A DNA stretch of 64,000 bases from NCBI GenBank assembly GCA_963707025.1, contig CAVPOM010000006.1:384001-448000 (forward strand), written 5' to 3'. Position 1 is the first letter of the stretch; each line of letters opens with the position of its first letter. Positions 13,419 to 29,350 of the stretch are shown piece after piece. The notes beneath the pieces are model-generated. The model worked only from the letters and a program-made list of their open reading frames with translations. It was not told where the DNA came from and did no database searches. Origin of the DNA: an uncultured Verrucomicrobiae bacterium. GTDB taxonomy: Bacteria > Verrucomicrobiota > Verrucomicrobiia > Limisphaerales > Palsa-1400. The position numbers and the translations under genes were made by a program.

Positions 13419-13459
13419 ACGAATCGGAATTGCAGTGACTAATTGTGGACTTACGAGAC

Positions 13460-17344
<3,885 letters not shown>

Positions 17345-17568
17345 TTTGGACCTCTGGTCAATGGCTGGCATCCGGCCAGACTCGCTGGTTTAATCAAACG
17401 ACACAAGGCAGGCCGCCTGCCGTTCAACCGCGAACTTGCCGCAGCCGATTCACTCCCACTGCTGACTAATGTGCAACTTTTCTAATCTAGAAATCTCGCT
17501 GTTCACTGTTTAATGCCAGCCGGGGCGCGCGGCCTGGACCCGCCGCCCCGCCAGCGTCCGATCCTACT

Positions 17569-17955
17569 TTACTTGACTTCGACTTTGGCGCCCGCTTCTT
17601 CAAGCTTCTTCTTGGCCGCGTCGGAATCCGCCTTGTTGGCGCCTTCCAGCACCGGCTTGGGCGCGCCTTCCACCAGCGCCTTGGCTTCCGCCAGGCCCAG
17701 GCCGGCCTTCACTTCGCGGACCGCCTTGATGGTGGCAATCTTCTTGTCCGCCGGGGCAGAGACCAGGATCACGTCAAACGTGGTCTTGGCTTCCGCCGCC
17801 GGGGCGGCAGCGCCGCCAGCGCGGCAGCGGCGGCGACCGCGACCGGCGCGGCGGCGGAAACGCCCCATTTGGTTTCCAGTTCCTTCACCAGGTCGGCGGC
17901 TTCGATCACCGTCAAGTTGCTCAGTTCTTCTACGAGTTTTGCAATGTCTAGCCAT
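17569..17955 (-). CDS. rplL: 50S ribosomal protein L7/L12 (frameshifted)
   Basis: [11 protein letters not shown]...[16 protein letters not shown]...[11 protein letters not shown]. Confidence 0.92.
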   Translation of the reverse strand: MARHCKTRRRTEQLDGDRSRRPGEGTGNQMGRFRRRAGRGRRRCRAGGAAAPAAEAKTTFDVILVSAPADKKIATIKAVREVKAGLGLAEAKALVEGAPKPVLEGANKADSDAAKKKLEEAGAKVEVK

Positions 17956-18132
17956 AACTTTACCTTTCATTCGTCTCGTCGTCGTCCACGGCCACGGACG
18001 CATTTTAAGTTCACGGCCCGCGAACCGACGATTTACGTTGTTGTTTGTTTGTTTCCATTTCCGTCCGGCTTAGAACGGGGATGAAATTGTTTGACTGACT
18101 TCGCCGCCGGACCGTCACGGTCCTGCTTCGGC

Positions 18133-18649
18133 TCAGCTTTCTCGGCCTTCGGCCTTGATGCACCCGCGCCAGTTGCGCCGCCGGCGTGTTGAGCAGACGT
18201 CACCAGCTTGGTCGCCGGCGCGTTCAACAGGCCCAGCAGCTTGGCGCGCAACACTTCCATGCACGGCAAATCCGCCAGCGCCAGGATCGCCGCCTGCTTC
18301 GAGCCGCTGGTTGTTCAGATAGCCGAAATTGAACTTTCGGCTTGTCGAATTCCGCGCCGAAATTCTTGACGACCTTCGCGGCGGCGGAAATATCCTTCTG
18401 CCCGGTGACCACGGCCAATTGCCCGGCCAGCGTGCCGTTCAAATCGCCGACGCCGGCTTCCTTGGCGGCAATGCGGAACATGGAGTTCTTGACCACGTGA
18501 ATTTCCGCGCCCGCCTTGGCCAGGCGCTTGCGCAGTTCGGTCAGATGGGCCGACCTTCAGGCCCCTGGTAATCCACCACGATGAAGAACGGCGAGGCGTT
18601 CAGCCGCGCCACATATTCCTTCGTGATAAATTTGTTTTTCAGCACGCAT
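18133..18649 (-). CDS. rplJ: 50S ribosomal protein L10 (frameshifted; 3' end approximate)
   Basis: MRAEKQ...VVKNSMFRIAA...LRAKLLGLLNAPATKLV. Confidence 0.88.
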
Positions 18650-18669
18650 GATCTTAAATCCTCTCTGGT

Positions 18670-19370
18670 TCAGGCCGCTTGTTGGAATTCCTGCACGTCC
18701 ACCCGCACCGGCGGACTCATGGTCGCCGAAAGCGTGCAGCGTATGGATGTAAATGCCCTTGACACTGTGCGGCCGCGCCTTGGCCACGGCTTCGATCACC
18801 GCGCGGGCGTTTTCCTCGATCTGGTCCGGCGTGAACGACAGCCTTGCCGACGGGCACATGGACGTTGCCCGCCTTGTCCACCTTGAACTCGACGCGGCCG
18901 GCCTTGACTTCCTTCACCGCCTTGGCCGTGTCGTCGGTCACCGTGCCGGTCTTCGGGTTCGGCATCAGGCCGCGCGGCCCGAGCACTTTGCCGAGCTTGC
19001 GCACTTCGACCATCGCTTCGGGCGTGGCGACCGCCACGTCAAAATCCGCCCAGCCTTCCTGGCACTTTTTGATCATGTCTTCGAAGCCGACGTATTCCGC
19101 GCCCGCGGCCTTGGCCGCGTCGGCCGCCGCGCCGCTCTTGGCGAAGACGAGCACGCGGACGGTCTTGCCGCTGCCGTGCGGCAGCGGAACCGTGCCGCGG
19201 ACCATCTGGTCGGACTGCTTCGGGTCCACGCCGAGGCGGAACGCGAGGTCAATCGTCTCGTTGAATTTGGCCTTGGGGAATTTGGTCAGGACGTCGACGG
19301 CTTCCTTCAGCGGATAGGCTTTCTTGCCGTCCACCACTTCGAGCGCTTTCTTGTATCGTTTGCTTGGCAT
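18670..19370 (-). CDS. rplA: 50S ribosomal protein L1 (frameshifted near 3' end)
   Basis: [48 protein letters not shown]. Confidence 0.95.
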
Positions 19371-19434
19371 TTATTTGGTTGCGGTGCAAGCGAGCTTTCG
19401 GCTCTCCCGCGGTTGATTGCTCTCAGGTTCCGGA

Positions 19435-19866
19435 TTACTTCACCGACGACTTCGATGCCCATGCTGCGGGCCGTGCCGGCAATGACCCGGAACGCCGCCT
19501 CTTCGGAAGTCGCGTTCAAATCCTTGGCCTTCATCTTCACGATGTCCAGGACCTGTTTGCGCGTCACTTTGCCGACCTTTTCCTTGTTCGGCTCCTTGGA
19601 GCCGGCGGTGATGCCGGCGGCTTTCTTCAGCAGGACGGACGCCGGCGGCGACTTGGTGATGAACGTGAACGACTTGTCCTGAAAAACCGTGATGACCACG
19701 GGAATCACCAGTCCCGCGTCGGTCCTTGGTCGCCGCGTTAAATTCCTTGCAGAAGCCCATGATGTTGACGCCGTGCTGGCCGAGCGCCGGGCCGACCGGC
19801 GGCGCGGGATTGGCCTGCCCCGCCGGAATCTGCAACTTAATCTGTCCTGTGATCTTTCTTTGCCAT
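19435..19866 (-). CDS. rplK: 50S ribosomal protein L11 (frameshifted)
   Basis: [47 protein letters not shown]. Confidence 0.95.
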
Positions 19867-19949
19867 AAAATTCTTAATATCGTGATGTTAACACGGATGA
19901 ACACGGATCGCCTCACGATTACGCTTCACTCCAATCCGAGTTCACTGTC

Positions 19950-20503
19950 TCACGCCTTTTTCCACCTGCCAATATTCCAGTTCCACCGGCGTATTGCGTC
20001 CGAAAATGTTCACGGTCACTTTCAGCTTGCCGCGCTCCGGCTCAATTTCCTCGATCACGCCGCTGAAATTCAGGAACGGCCCGTTGTTGATCTTGACCGT
20101 CTCGCCGACTTCAAAATTGACCTTGGGCTTCTCGGTCTCTTCGGACGCGGAAATCTGCGCCTTGATCGGCTCGACTTCCTCGGCCGGCGTCGGCGTCGGG
20201 CGGTTCGCCGCCGACAAAGCCGATCACGCCCTGCGTTTCCTTGATGAAATACCAGGGCTTCTCGATAATCCGGTTGTTCTCGTCCAGCAGCACCATGTCC
20301 ACAAACACATAGCCCGGCCACAGCTTGCGGCTGGACACCGTCTTTTTCTGGTTGCGCACCTCCACGACCTTTTCCATCGGCACCAGGACTTCTTTGATGA
20401 AGTCGCTGCATCTCGTCGGTCTTGATGCGCTTTTCGATGCTTTCCTTGACCTTCTGTTCCTGGCCGGAAAGCGTATGGATGACAAACCACTGGCTTTGCG
20501 CAT
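19950..20503 (-). CDS. nusG: transcription termination/antitermination factor NusG (frameshifted)
   Basis: KLWPGYVFVDM, GVIGFVG, KOW GETVKINNGPF, IFGRNTPVEL. Confidence 0.93.
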
Positions 20504-20515
20504 GGTGCTAAATGC

Positions 20516-20791
20516 TTAAATAATGAACATGAACGATGCTGGACAGAATACCTAATCCACGCCGACGGTAAAGCCGCCGAGCAGCGCCATGGCGATGGTG
20601 ACCACCACGGTCGAACCTTTCAGCTCGTCCCAGGTCGGCCAGGTGCATTTCTTCAATTCTTCGCGCGTCTCCTGCACATAGTCGGCAAGCTGCAGGAAGT
20701 GGCCCTGCCACCAACAGCAGGCGCAAACGACCACCGATCGCGACCACACGATCCAAATTATCGCAATCGTTACTACATATCAATCATTCAT
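20516..20791 (-). CDS. secE: preprotein translocase SecE (garbled by indels; boundaries approximate)
   Basis: YVQETREELKKCTWPTWDEL..STVVV; located upstream of nusG. Confidence 0.85.
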
Positions 20792-20814
20792 GTCACAATC
20801 TGTCCATCATCGTC

Positions 20815-20903
20815 TGGCGGAGAGGGAGGGATTCGAACCCCCGTTGGCGGTTTCCCCAAGCGGTTTTCAAGACCGCCGCGATAGACCACTCTGCCACCTC
20901 TCC
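20815..20903 (-). tRNA. tRNA-Ser(TGA)
   Basis: GGAGAGG/CCTCTCC acceptor, G discriminator + CCA, anticodon loop CT-TGA-AA, long variable arm, GGTTCGAATCC. Confidence 0.93.
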
Positions 20904-20990
20904 GCGACAGTGGACAGGCTGTCGCGTGACCCGTGACCGTATTCACCTCTGTTCTCATTCCCACATCCACTTATCACTCTTACCCGTCAT

Positions 20991-21066
20991 TGGCACGGCA
21001 GGAGGGACTTGAACCCCCAACCAACGGTTTTGGAGACCGCTACTCTACCAATTGAGCTACCGCCGT
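20991..21066 (-). tRNA. tRNA-Trp(CCA)
   Basis: 76-nt cloverleaf, anticodon loop CT-CCA-AA, GGTTCAAGTCC, 3' CCA. Confidence 0.95.
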
Positions 21067-21145
21067 ATCCGCCCAATCTCGCTTCTGTTTCGGACAAAAA
21101 CGGAGCCGCGGGGTTCATCGCCCGCGCTCCCGAATTTGAAATCGC

Positions 21146-22336
21146 TCAGGCGACGACCTCCGTCACGCGCCCGGCGCCAATGGTGCGGCCGCCTTCGCGG
21201 ATGGCGAACCGCTGGCCTTTTTCCATCGCCACCGGCGCGATCACGTTCGATCTCCACCGAGACATTGTCGCCGGGCATCACCATTTCGACGCCCTGGGGC
21301 AGCGTCACCGTGCCCGTCACGTCCGTGGTGCGGAAATAAAATTGCGGACGATAGTTGGTGAAGAACGGCGTGTGCCGGCCGCCTTCTTCCTTCGACAGCA
21401 CATAAACTTCCGCCTTGAACTTCGTGTGCGGCGTGATGCTGCCGGGCTTGGCCAGCACCATGCCGCGCTCGACTTCGTCCTTCTTGGTGCCGCGCAGCAG
21501 CACGCCGACGTTGTCGCCCGCATTGCGCCGAATCCAGCAGCTTGCGGAACATTTCAATGTCCGTCGCCACCGTCTTGCGGGTGTCCTTCAAGCCGACGAT
21601 TTCCACGTCCTCCATGCGCTTGAGCACGCCGCGCTCCACACGGCCGGTCACCACCGTGCCGCGACCTTCAATGTTGAACACGTCTTCGATGCACATCAGG
21701 AACGGCTTGTCCACTTCGCGCGTCGGCAGCGGGATGAACGCGTCAATCGCGTCCAGCAATTCCTGGATGGACTTGTCGCCTTCGGGCTCTGCCCGCCAGC
21801 GCCTTCTTGGCGCTGCCGCGGATGATCGGGCGTCTTGTCGCCGGGAAATTCATACTTGGTGAGCAGGTCGCGGACTTCCATCTCCACCAGGTCCAGCAGT
21901 TCCGGGTCGTCCACCAGGTCCACCTTGTTCAGGTAAACCACGATGGCCGGCACGCCGACCTGGCGGGCCAGCAGCATGTGCTCCGGGTTTGCGGCATCGG
22001 GCCTTCGGAGGCGTCCACCACCAGGATGGCGCCGTCCATCTGCGCCGCGCCGGTGATCATGTTCTTGACAAAGTCGGCATGGCCGGGGCAATCAATGTGC
22101 GCATAGTGGCGGTCGTGGGATTCATACTCGACATGCGACACGGCGATGGTCACCGTCTTGGTCGTCGCGCACCGTGCCGCCCTTGGTGATGTCGGCGTAA
22201 GTCATGGGCGTGGCCAGGCCCTTTTTGCTTGGACCTCCACAATGGCGGCCGTCAGGGTGGATTTGCCGTGGTCAATGTGTCCGATGGTGCCGACGTTGAC
22301 GTGCGGTTTCGTTCGTTGAAATTGCTCTTTTGCCAT
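21146..22336 (-). CDS. tuf: elongation factor Tu (frameshifted)
   Basis: [51 protein letters not shown]. Confidence 0.95.
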
Positions 22337-22394
22337 TGATGATCTCCTGTGTTTTCTTGTTTTGTTAAAAACTCTGACAATTCATCCGGTTACA

Positions 22395-22470
<76 letters not shown>

Positions 22471-22597
22471 AAAAGCAAAAACGGCTCCATCCTGACTGTG
22501 CCGAAACGACAAAATACCACCAACCCCCGCCTTCTCGCGTGCGAAAAGGCCTCAGGGCCAATGTTTCTATGCTATTTCAAATCTGTAACCTGCTCGA

Positions 22598-22626
22598 AAC
22601 TTAAAGGCGGAGCCAGATTCTGTCAA
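22598..22626 (-). promoter_or_regulatory. sigma70 promoter for the tRNA-Thr-tuf-rpoBC block
   Basis: On minus strand TTGACA-17 nt-TAAGTT. Confidence 0.6.
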
Positions 22627-22806
22627 TGGTTTTTTTATTTATTTTTGCGTTTTCACTTGCTCCTGGGGCCGGAGGGTGTAGATTCCAGGACGTTAAGCGG
22701 GCTTTTAGGGGCCCCCCATTACTAATAGACGGAAAAAGTTGCGCCCTGAAAACAGGCTGATTTTGCCGAGATTTCAGGGAAAAGCGATTTTTTTCGCAAT
22801 TTACTG

Positions 22807-22835
22807 TTGCAATGGTTTGGCCGATTATCTATATT
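22807..22835 (+). promoter_or_regulatory. sigma70 promoter for the rpsL operon
   Basis: TTGCAA-17 nt-TATATT, 55 nt upstream of the rpsL ATG. Confidence 0.6.
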
Positions 22836-22890
22836 CCGCGTCCCGTTTCCCTGGGTGGGGAAATCGGGGGTGTAAAACGTGATTGCTCAA

Positions 22891-23367
22891 ATGCCGACGA
22901 TTAATCAACTGGTTCGTTTCGGACGAAGGAAATTGCGCAGCAAGTCCAAGGCCCCGGCCTTGCAGACTTCGCCTTACCGGCGGGGTGTCTGCATCCAGGT
23001 CATGACGCGCACCCCCAAGAAGCCCAATTCGGCCATGCGCAAAGTGGCCAAGGTGCGGCTGACCAACGGGTTTGAAATCATCGCCTACATCCCGGACGAG
23101 GGCCATAATTTGCAGGAGCACTCCATCGTGCTGGTGCGCGGGGGGCGCGTCAAGGATTTGCCCGGTGTCCGTTACCACATCGTTCGCGGCACCCTGGATG
23201 CCGCGGGGGTGGAGAAGCGCCGGGTGAGCCGGTCCAAATACGGGGTCAAACGGCCCAAGGTGGTCAAGGGCGCCAAGCCGGCCGCCGCGCCCGCCGCGCC
23301 TGCGCCCGCAGCGCCCGCGCCCGCGCCCGCCGCGCCTGGGCCCGCTGCGCCTGAAGTGAAAGCATAG
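22891..23367 (+). CDS. rpsL: 30S ribosomal protein S12 with Ala/Pro C-terminal tail
   Basis: [32 protein letters not shown]. Confidence 0.98.
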   Translation: MPTINQLVRFGRRKLRSKSKAPALQTSPYRRGVCIQVMTRTPKKPNSAMRKVAKVRLTNGFEIIAYIPDEGHNLQEHSIVLVRGGRVKDLPGVRYHIVRGTLDAAGVEKRRVSRSKYGVKRPKVVKGAKPAAAPAAPAPAAPAPAPAAPGPAAPEVKA

Positions 23368-23373
23368 ATTGAT

Positions 23374-23847
23374 ATGTCCCGACGTCGCCGAGCAATTAAA
23401 AGGCTGCTGCTGGAAGACAGCAAATACCACAGCACACTGGTTTCGCGCCTGGTCAACACGGTGATGTCCAACGGCAAGAAAACGGTGGCCCAGCGCATTG
23501 TTTACGGGGCCTTTGACCATATTGCCACCAAGAATCCCAGCACCAATCCGCTGGAGATTTTGCAGCGGGCGGTGGACAACGCCAAGCCGCGCCTGGAAGT
23601 CAAGCCGCGCCGGGTGGGCGGGGCGACCTACCAAGTGCCGATGGAAGTGGCGACGGAGCGGCAGCTTTCCCTGGCCATGCGCTGGCTGGTGGATCTGGCC
23701 GACGCCCGCAAAGGGCTGGCCATGAAAGAGGCGCTGGCGGCGGAGATCATGGACGCCTTCCAAGGGCAGGGCAACGCCATCAGGAAACGCGACGAGGTGC
23801 ATAAAATGGCCCAGGCCAACAAGGCCTTCGCCCATTTCCGCTGGTAA
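23374..23847 (+). CDS. rpsG: 30S ribosomal protein S7
   Basis: RRVGGATYQVP, HKMAQANKAFAHFRW. Confidence 0.98.
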   Translation: MSRRRRAIKRLLLEDSKYHSTLVSRLVNTVMSNGKKTVAQRIVYGAFDHIATKNPSTNPLEILQRAVDNAKPRLEVKPRRVGGATYQVPMEVATERQLSLAMRWLVDLADARKGLAMKEALAAEIMDAFQGQGNAIRKRDEVHKMAQANKAFAHFRW

Positions 23848-23863
23848 GATTTATTGGCACAAC

Positions 23864-23896
23864 GCCCCGACGATTTGAGGATCGGGGCATTTTTAT
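23864..23896 (+). terminator. terminator-like hairpin between rpsG and fusA
   Basis: GCCCCGA-n11-TCGGGGC followed by ATTTTTA. Confidence 0.45.
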
Positions 23897-23907
23897 TATT
23901 GACACAA

Positions 23908-26101
23908 ATGATCGAAGCCGCTTTAGACGACAAAAACGTGAATGTGAATTCGCCCAAAAGGCAATACACCATGGCGCGCACGCGCAACATTGGCATTGCC
24001 GCGCACATTGATGCTGGCAAAACCACCACCACCGAGCGCATCCTCTTTTACACGGGCCTCATTCACAAAATCGGCGACGTGGACGACGGCAACACGGTGA
24101 CCGACTGGATGGAGCAGGAGCGGGAACGGGGCATCACCATCACGGCGGCGGCGGTGACGTGCTACTGGACGCAGAAGCCGGAGGAGGGCCTGGCCAAGCT
24201 CTGTGCCACCATCCCCCACCGGATTAATATCATTGACACTCCCGGCCATGTGGATTTCACGGCCGAGGTGGAGCGCTCCATGAGCGTCCTGGACGGGGCG
24301 GTGGCGGTGTTCTGCGCCGTGGCCGGAGTGCAGCCCCAGTCCGAGACGGTCTGGCGCCAGGCGACCAAGTACCGAGGTGCCGCGCATCGCTTTTGTCAAC
24401 AAGATGGACCGCATCGGCGCCAATTTTGAAAACGCCCTCAACGACATGCGCAAAAAGCTCAACGCCTACGCCTATCCCGTCTTCCTGCCCATCGGGGCGG
24501 AGGACGTTTTTGAGGGCGTGATTGACGTGGTCAACCAGAAGGCCATCACCTGGGGGACGGGCGAGGTGGTGCGCGAAGGTTTGCAGTACGAGATCCAGGA
24601 AATCCCGCGGGCCTTGCAGGCCAGGGCCCAGGCCGCCTTGAGCGAATTGGTGGATGCCGTCTCGAACAAGGACGACGAAATCGCCACCCTGGTTATTGAA
24701 GACAAGCCGGTGGAACCGCTGGTTTTGAAGGCGGCCATCCGGCGGCTGACTTGCCGCAATGAGTTTGTGCCCGTCCTGTGCGGTTCGGCTTTCAAGAAAA
24801 AAGGGGTGCAGGCCCTGGTGGACGCGGTGGTGGATTACCTGCCCAGCCCGCTGGACATTCCACCGGCCGAAGGGACCGAACCGGGCACGGACAATGTGGT
24901 GCAGGTGGAAGCCGACGACAACGGGAAATTCTGTTCCCTGGCCTTTAAATTATGGACGGATGTCTATGCGGGCAAGCTGGTGTTTTTCCGGGTTTATTCG
25001 GGGCAATTGCACAAGGGCGACACCATCTACAATGCCCGCACCCGCAAACGCGACCGGGTCAGCCGGCTCATGATCATCCAAGGCAGCGAGCGCAAGGACG
25101 TGGACACCGTTTTTTCCGGCGACATCGCCGCCCTGGTCGGACTGCGCCACATCATCACCGGAGACACCTTGTGCGACGAGGATTTTGACGTGACCCTGTT
25201 TCCGCCCACCTTCCCCGAACCGGTCATCAGCATGGCGGTGGAGCCCAAGACCAAGGCGGACCGGGAGAAATTGGGCGAAGGCTTGCAGCGTCTGGCGGAA
25301 GAAGACCCGACTTTCCGCTGTTTTACCAACGAGGAAACCAGCCAGTTGATCATCGCCGGCATGGGCGAGTTGCATCTGGAAATCATTGTGGACCGGCTCA
25401 AGCGCGAGTTCAAAGTGGACGCCGCCACCGGCGCGCCGCAAATTGCCTACCGCGAGACGATCACCGCCTCGGCCGAGGGCGAGGGCAAATACATCAAACA
25501 ATCCGGCGGCCGCGGCCAATACGGGCATGCCTGTGTCCGGGTGTCTCCCAACGAAAAGGGCAAGGGCGTGGAAATCCTCAACAAGATCGTGGGCGGGGCC
25601 ATTCCCAGGGAATTCATTCCGCCGGTGATTGACGGGATTGAAGAAGCCTGCAAGAGCGGGGTTTACGCCGGCTACCAGGTCATTGACATCAAGGTGGAGA
25701 TCACCGACGGGTCCTTCCACGAGGTGGATTCCAACGAGATGGCCTTCAAAATGGCCGGCATATTCGCGCTCAAAGACGCCTTTAAAAGGGCCAAGCCGAT
25801 CGTGCTGGAACCGATCATGAAGGTGGATCTGGTCACGCCGGAAGAGTATCAGGGCGACCTGGTCGGGGACGTGACGCGGCGGCGCGGGACAATCCATAGT
25901 ATTGACTCGAAGGGCGGCCAGGCCACCGTCTGCGCCGATGTGCCCTTGAAGGAAATGTTCGGCTACGCCACCGCCATCCGCTCCCTCTCCAAGGGCCGGG
26001 CCTCCTATTCCATGGAACCCTTGACCTTTGCCCAGGTTCCAGCCAGTATTCTGACGGCGATTCTGGACGAAGCCGGCAAACGGCCGGGGGCGAGAAGCTG
26101 A
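23908..26101 (+). CDS. fusA: elongation factor G (one apparent frameshift near 24375)
   Basis: [48 protein letters not shown]. Confidence 0.96.
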
Positions 26102-26125
26102 AACCATTAACCTTGTTCTTTTTAT

Positions 26126-26434
26126 ATGGCTGGACAACGCATTCGCATTCGACTCAAGGCCTTTGACCACCGGGTCATTGACCAGTCGGCGCACGAAATC
26201 GTCGAGACGGTCAAACGCACCGGCGCCCGGGTGGCAGGCCCCATACCCCTCCCCACCCGCATCGAGCGGTTTACCGTGCTGCGCTCGCCGCATTCGGACA
26301 AGAAATCGCAGGAAACTTTCGAGCAGCGCACGCACAAACGGCTGCTCGACATCATTGAACCAACCGCCAAAACGGTGGATGAACTCAAGAAGCTCAATCT
26401 GCCGGCCGGCGTGGACATTACCATCAAGATTTGA
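26126..26434 (+). CDS. rpsJ: 30S ribosomal protein S10
   Basis: [25 protein letters not shown]. Confidence 0.98.
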   Translation: MAGQRIRIRLKAFDHRVIDQSAHEIVETVKRTGARVAGPIPLPTRIERFTVLRSPHSDKKSQETFEQRTHKRLLDIIEPTAKTVDELKKLNLPAGVDITIKI

Positions 26435-26438
26435 CTTT

Positions 26439-27258
26439 ATGCTTGGATTGCTCGGAAAAAAGCTCGGCCAGACCAACGTTTACAACGCGCAGGGAGTGCT
26501 CGTGCCGGTGACCATTGTCTTGGTCGGGCCCCAACCGGGTCATCCAGACCAAAACCGTCGCCACGGATGGCTACAACGCGGTGCAGCTTGGTTTTGACGA
26601 CCAAAAAGAGCAGCGCATGACCAAGCCGTTGCTGGGCCATTTCAAGAAACACGGCGCCTTGCCCACCAAGCGGGTGGGTGAGTTCCGTGATTTTTCCCTG
26701 GCGGTCAAGCCGGGCGATGTGATTGGCGCGGCCATTTTTGCGCAGGGCGATTTTGTGGATGCCATCGGCGTGACCAAGGGGCGCGGCTTTGAAGGGGTGA
26801 TGAAGCGGCACAATTTCCGCGGCGGCGACGCCTCCCACGGGGCCAAAGGCTGGCGCAGGCGCTCGGGCGCGATTGGCCAGCGCCTGTTTCCCGGCACGGT
26901 CATGCGGGGCATGAAGATGCCCGGCCACATGGGCCAGATCCGCCGCACCGCCCAGAATTTGCAGATCATCCAGGTGCGCGAGGCGGACAATTTATTGCTG
27001 ATCAAGGGCGCGATTCCCGGCGCCAACAACGATTACGTCGTCATCCGCGAATCCAAGAAACTGCCCAAAGGCTCCGACCGGGCCAAGCGCAAGGTGGCGG
27101 TCAAGGTCGTGGCCGCCCCCGCCGCCAAGGGCGCCAAACCGGCCGCCAAACCGGCCGCCGCTCCCGCTGCCAAACCGGCCGCCGCTCCGGCCGCCAAACC
27201 CACGGCCGCTCCGGCTGCCAAACCGGCCGCCGCTCCGCCCGCAGCTCAAAAACAATAA
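26439..27258 (+). CDS. rplC: 50S ribosomal protein L3 (frameshift near 26530) with repetitive AKPAAAPA tail
   Basis: MLGLLGKKLG, DGYNAVQLG, KGRGFEGVMKRH, KMPGHMG. Confidence 0.96.
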
Positions 27259-27261
27259 TTT

Positions 27262-27888
27262 ATGAAGCTCACGGTCAAAGACATGCAGGGCAAGGACCAG
27301 GGTGAAATGGAAGTCAAGTTCACCCTCATTGAAAACGGCAGCGGCACCCAGGCCGTTCACGACGCGGTGGTCGCCTTTCGCGCCGCCCAGCGCATGGGCA
27401 CGGCCTGCACCAAGAACGTGGGCGAAGTGGCTGGAACCAACAAAAAGCCGTGGCGCCAAAAGGGCACCGGGCGCGCCCGCGCCGGTTCCTTCCAATCTCC
27501 TCTCTGGCGCGGTGGCGGTGTGGTCTTCGGCCCCAGGCCGCGTGATTTTTCCCGCAAAACCAACCGGACGGTCAAACGCCTGGCCCTGCGCAAGGCCCTG
27601 TCCGAGCGGCTCAAAGCGGGGGATGTGATGGTGATTGACGACATCAAACTCAACTCCGCCAAGACCAAGGAGTTTCTGGCGCTGCTCTCCGCCTTGCAGG
27701 TCAAGGGCAGCGCGCTGATCGTGGGCCGCGGCGACGATGCCAATTTGCGGCGCGCCTCGCGCAATGTGGCCCAGGTTGAATTGACCACCGGCCAGGACCT
27801 CAACACCTACCAGGTTTTGCGCAGCGACAAGCTGGTTTTCACCCGTCACGCCTTTGAAGCCGTGGCGCAACGGCTGGCGCAGGAATAA
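27262..27888 (+). CDS. rplD: 50S ribosomal protein L4
   Basis: [28 protein letters not shown]. Confidence 0.98.
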   Translation: MKLTVKDMQGKDQGEMEVKFTLIENGSGTQAVHDAVVAFRAAQRMGTACTKNVGEVAGTNKKPWRQKGTGRARAGSFQSPLWRGGGVVFGPRPRDFSRKTNRTVKRLALRKALSERLKAGDVMVIDDIKLNSAKTKEFLALLSALQVKGSALIVGRGDDANLRRASRNVAQVELTTGQDLNTYQVLRSDKLVFTRHAFEAVAQRLAQE

Positions 27889-27889
27889 C

Positions 27890-28174
27890 ATGAACGTCTT
27901 TACCGCCATCAAAACCATCCGCGTCACCGAAAAGGGCACGCGCCAGACGGACAAGCTCAACCAATACACCGTGGTGGCCGATCCGCGCGCCAACAAACAG
28001 CAAATCCGCCAGGCGGTGCAGGAACTTTTCAAAGTCAAGGTCCTCAAGGTCAACACCTTGAATGTGCGGGGCAAGGCCCGCCGCAGCCGCACCCCCATGG
28101 CCGGCAACGCGCCCAATTGGAAAAAAGCCATCGTCACCCTGAGGAAGGAAGACAAGATTCACCTCATCAGTTGA
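27890..28174 (+). CDS. rplW: 50S ribosomal protein L23
   Basis: VTEK, ANKQQIRQAV, WKKAIVTL. Confidence 0.96.
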   Translation: MNVFTAIKTIRVTEKGTRQTDKLNQYTVVADPRANKQQIRQAVQELFKVKVLKVNTLNVRGKARRSRTPMAGNAPNWKKAIVTLRKEDKIHLIS

Positions 28175-28187
28175 CCGGAGCCATCTT

Positions 28188-29042
28188 ATGCCAGTAAAAA
28201 CTTTCAGACCTCTGACTCCTTCGACCCGCTATATCACCCTGGCGTCATTTGACGAGATCACCAAGGACAAGCCGGAGCGAAGCCTCATCAGCATCCGCAA
28301 GAAAACCGGCGGGCGCAACTGCTACGGGCGCGTCACCGCGCGCGGCATCGGCGGCGGCCACAAACAGTTTTATCGCAACGTGGATTTCAAACGCCAGAAA
28401 CTGGGGATGGAAGCCGAAGTGCTGGGGATTGAGTACGATCCGATTCGCACGGCGCGGCTGGCCCTGCTCAAATACCAGGACGGGGAAAAGCGCTACATCA
28501 TTGCCCCCAACGGTTTGAAGGTCGGCGCCAAGCTGATGAACGGGCCCAAAGCGCCGCCCGAAACCGGCAATTCCCTGCCCCTGGGCATTATTCCGGTGGG
28601 GCTGGCCATTCATAATATCGAACTGACGCCCGGACGCGGCGGCCAGATGGTGCGCACGGCCGGCGGGGCGGCGACCTTGATGTCGCGCGACGAGCAGTAC
28701 GCCCAGATCCGCCTGCCGTCCGGGGAAATCCGCCGGGTGCATAACACCTGTTCGGCCACCATTGGCCAGGTGGGCAATCTGGAACATGAGAACGTCGTCC
28801 TGGGCAAGGCGGGCCGCTCCCGCCATCGCGGCACCCGGGGGATCAGCCGCGGCGTGGTGCGCAATCCGGTGGACCATCCCAACGGCGGCGGGGCGGGCAA
28901 ATCCAAGAGCGGCGGCGGCTGGCAGCAATTGACCTCGCCCTGGGGCCTGCTGGCCAAGGGCTATCGCACGCGCCACAAGCGCAAAATCTCCAACCGTTTC
29001 ATCGTGGTGCGGCGCGATGGCCGCCCGATGACGCGCAAATGA
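28188..29042 (+). CDS. rplB: 50S ribosomal protein L2
   Basis: GGRN..GRVT, IEYDPIR, NPVDHPNGGG. Confidence 0.98.
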   Translation: MPVKTFRPLTPSTRYITLASFDEITKDKPERSLISIRKKTGGRNCYGRVTARGIGGGHKQFYRNVDFKRQKLGMEAEVLGIEYDPIRTARLALLKYQDGEKRYIIAPNGLKVGAKLMNGPKAPPETGNSLPLGIIPVGLAIHNIELTPGRGGQMVRTAGGAATLMSRDEQYAQIRLPSGEIRRVHNTCSATIGQVGNLEHENVVLGKAGRSRHRGTRGISRGVVRNPVDHPNGGGAGKSKSGGGWQQLTSPWGLLAKGYRTRHKRKISNRFIVVRRDGRPMTRK

Positions 29043-29060
29043 ACCCAGTTGAAATAAGTT

Positions 29061-29342
29061 ATGGGAAGATCAATTAAAAAAGGCCCGTTTATTGACGGGC
29101 ATTTGATGGTGAAAATAGACCAAGCCAAGGCGGCCAAGTCCAAGGCGCCGATCAAAACCTGGTCGCGCCGCTCCATGATCACCCCCGATTTTGTCGGGCT
29201 GAATTTCGCCGTGCATAACGGCAAGATCTTCCACCCGGTGTTTGTCACCGAAAACATGGTGGGCCACCGCCTCGGAGAATTCTCCCTGACGCGCACCTTC
29301 AAGAAACACGGCGCCCACACGGCCAAGGCGGAAGCCAAATAG
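29061..29342 (+). CDS. rpsS: 30S ribosomal protein S19
   Basis: [24 protein letters not shown]. Confidence 0.98.
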   Translation: MGRSIKKGPFIDGHLMVKIDQAKAAKSKAPIKTWSRRSMITPDFVGLNFAVHNGKIFHPVFVTENMVGHRLGEFSLTRTFKKHGAHTAKAEAK

Positions 29343-29350
29343 ATTTGATT

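Noticed and set aside
24360..26540. Frameshifts in fusA and rplC (also rpsK ~38710 and sulfatase ~51600) as regulatory recoding
   Set aside because: Single-base indels, mostly in or next to short G/C runs, typical of long-read errors
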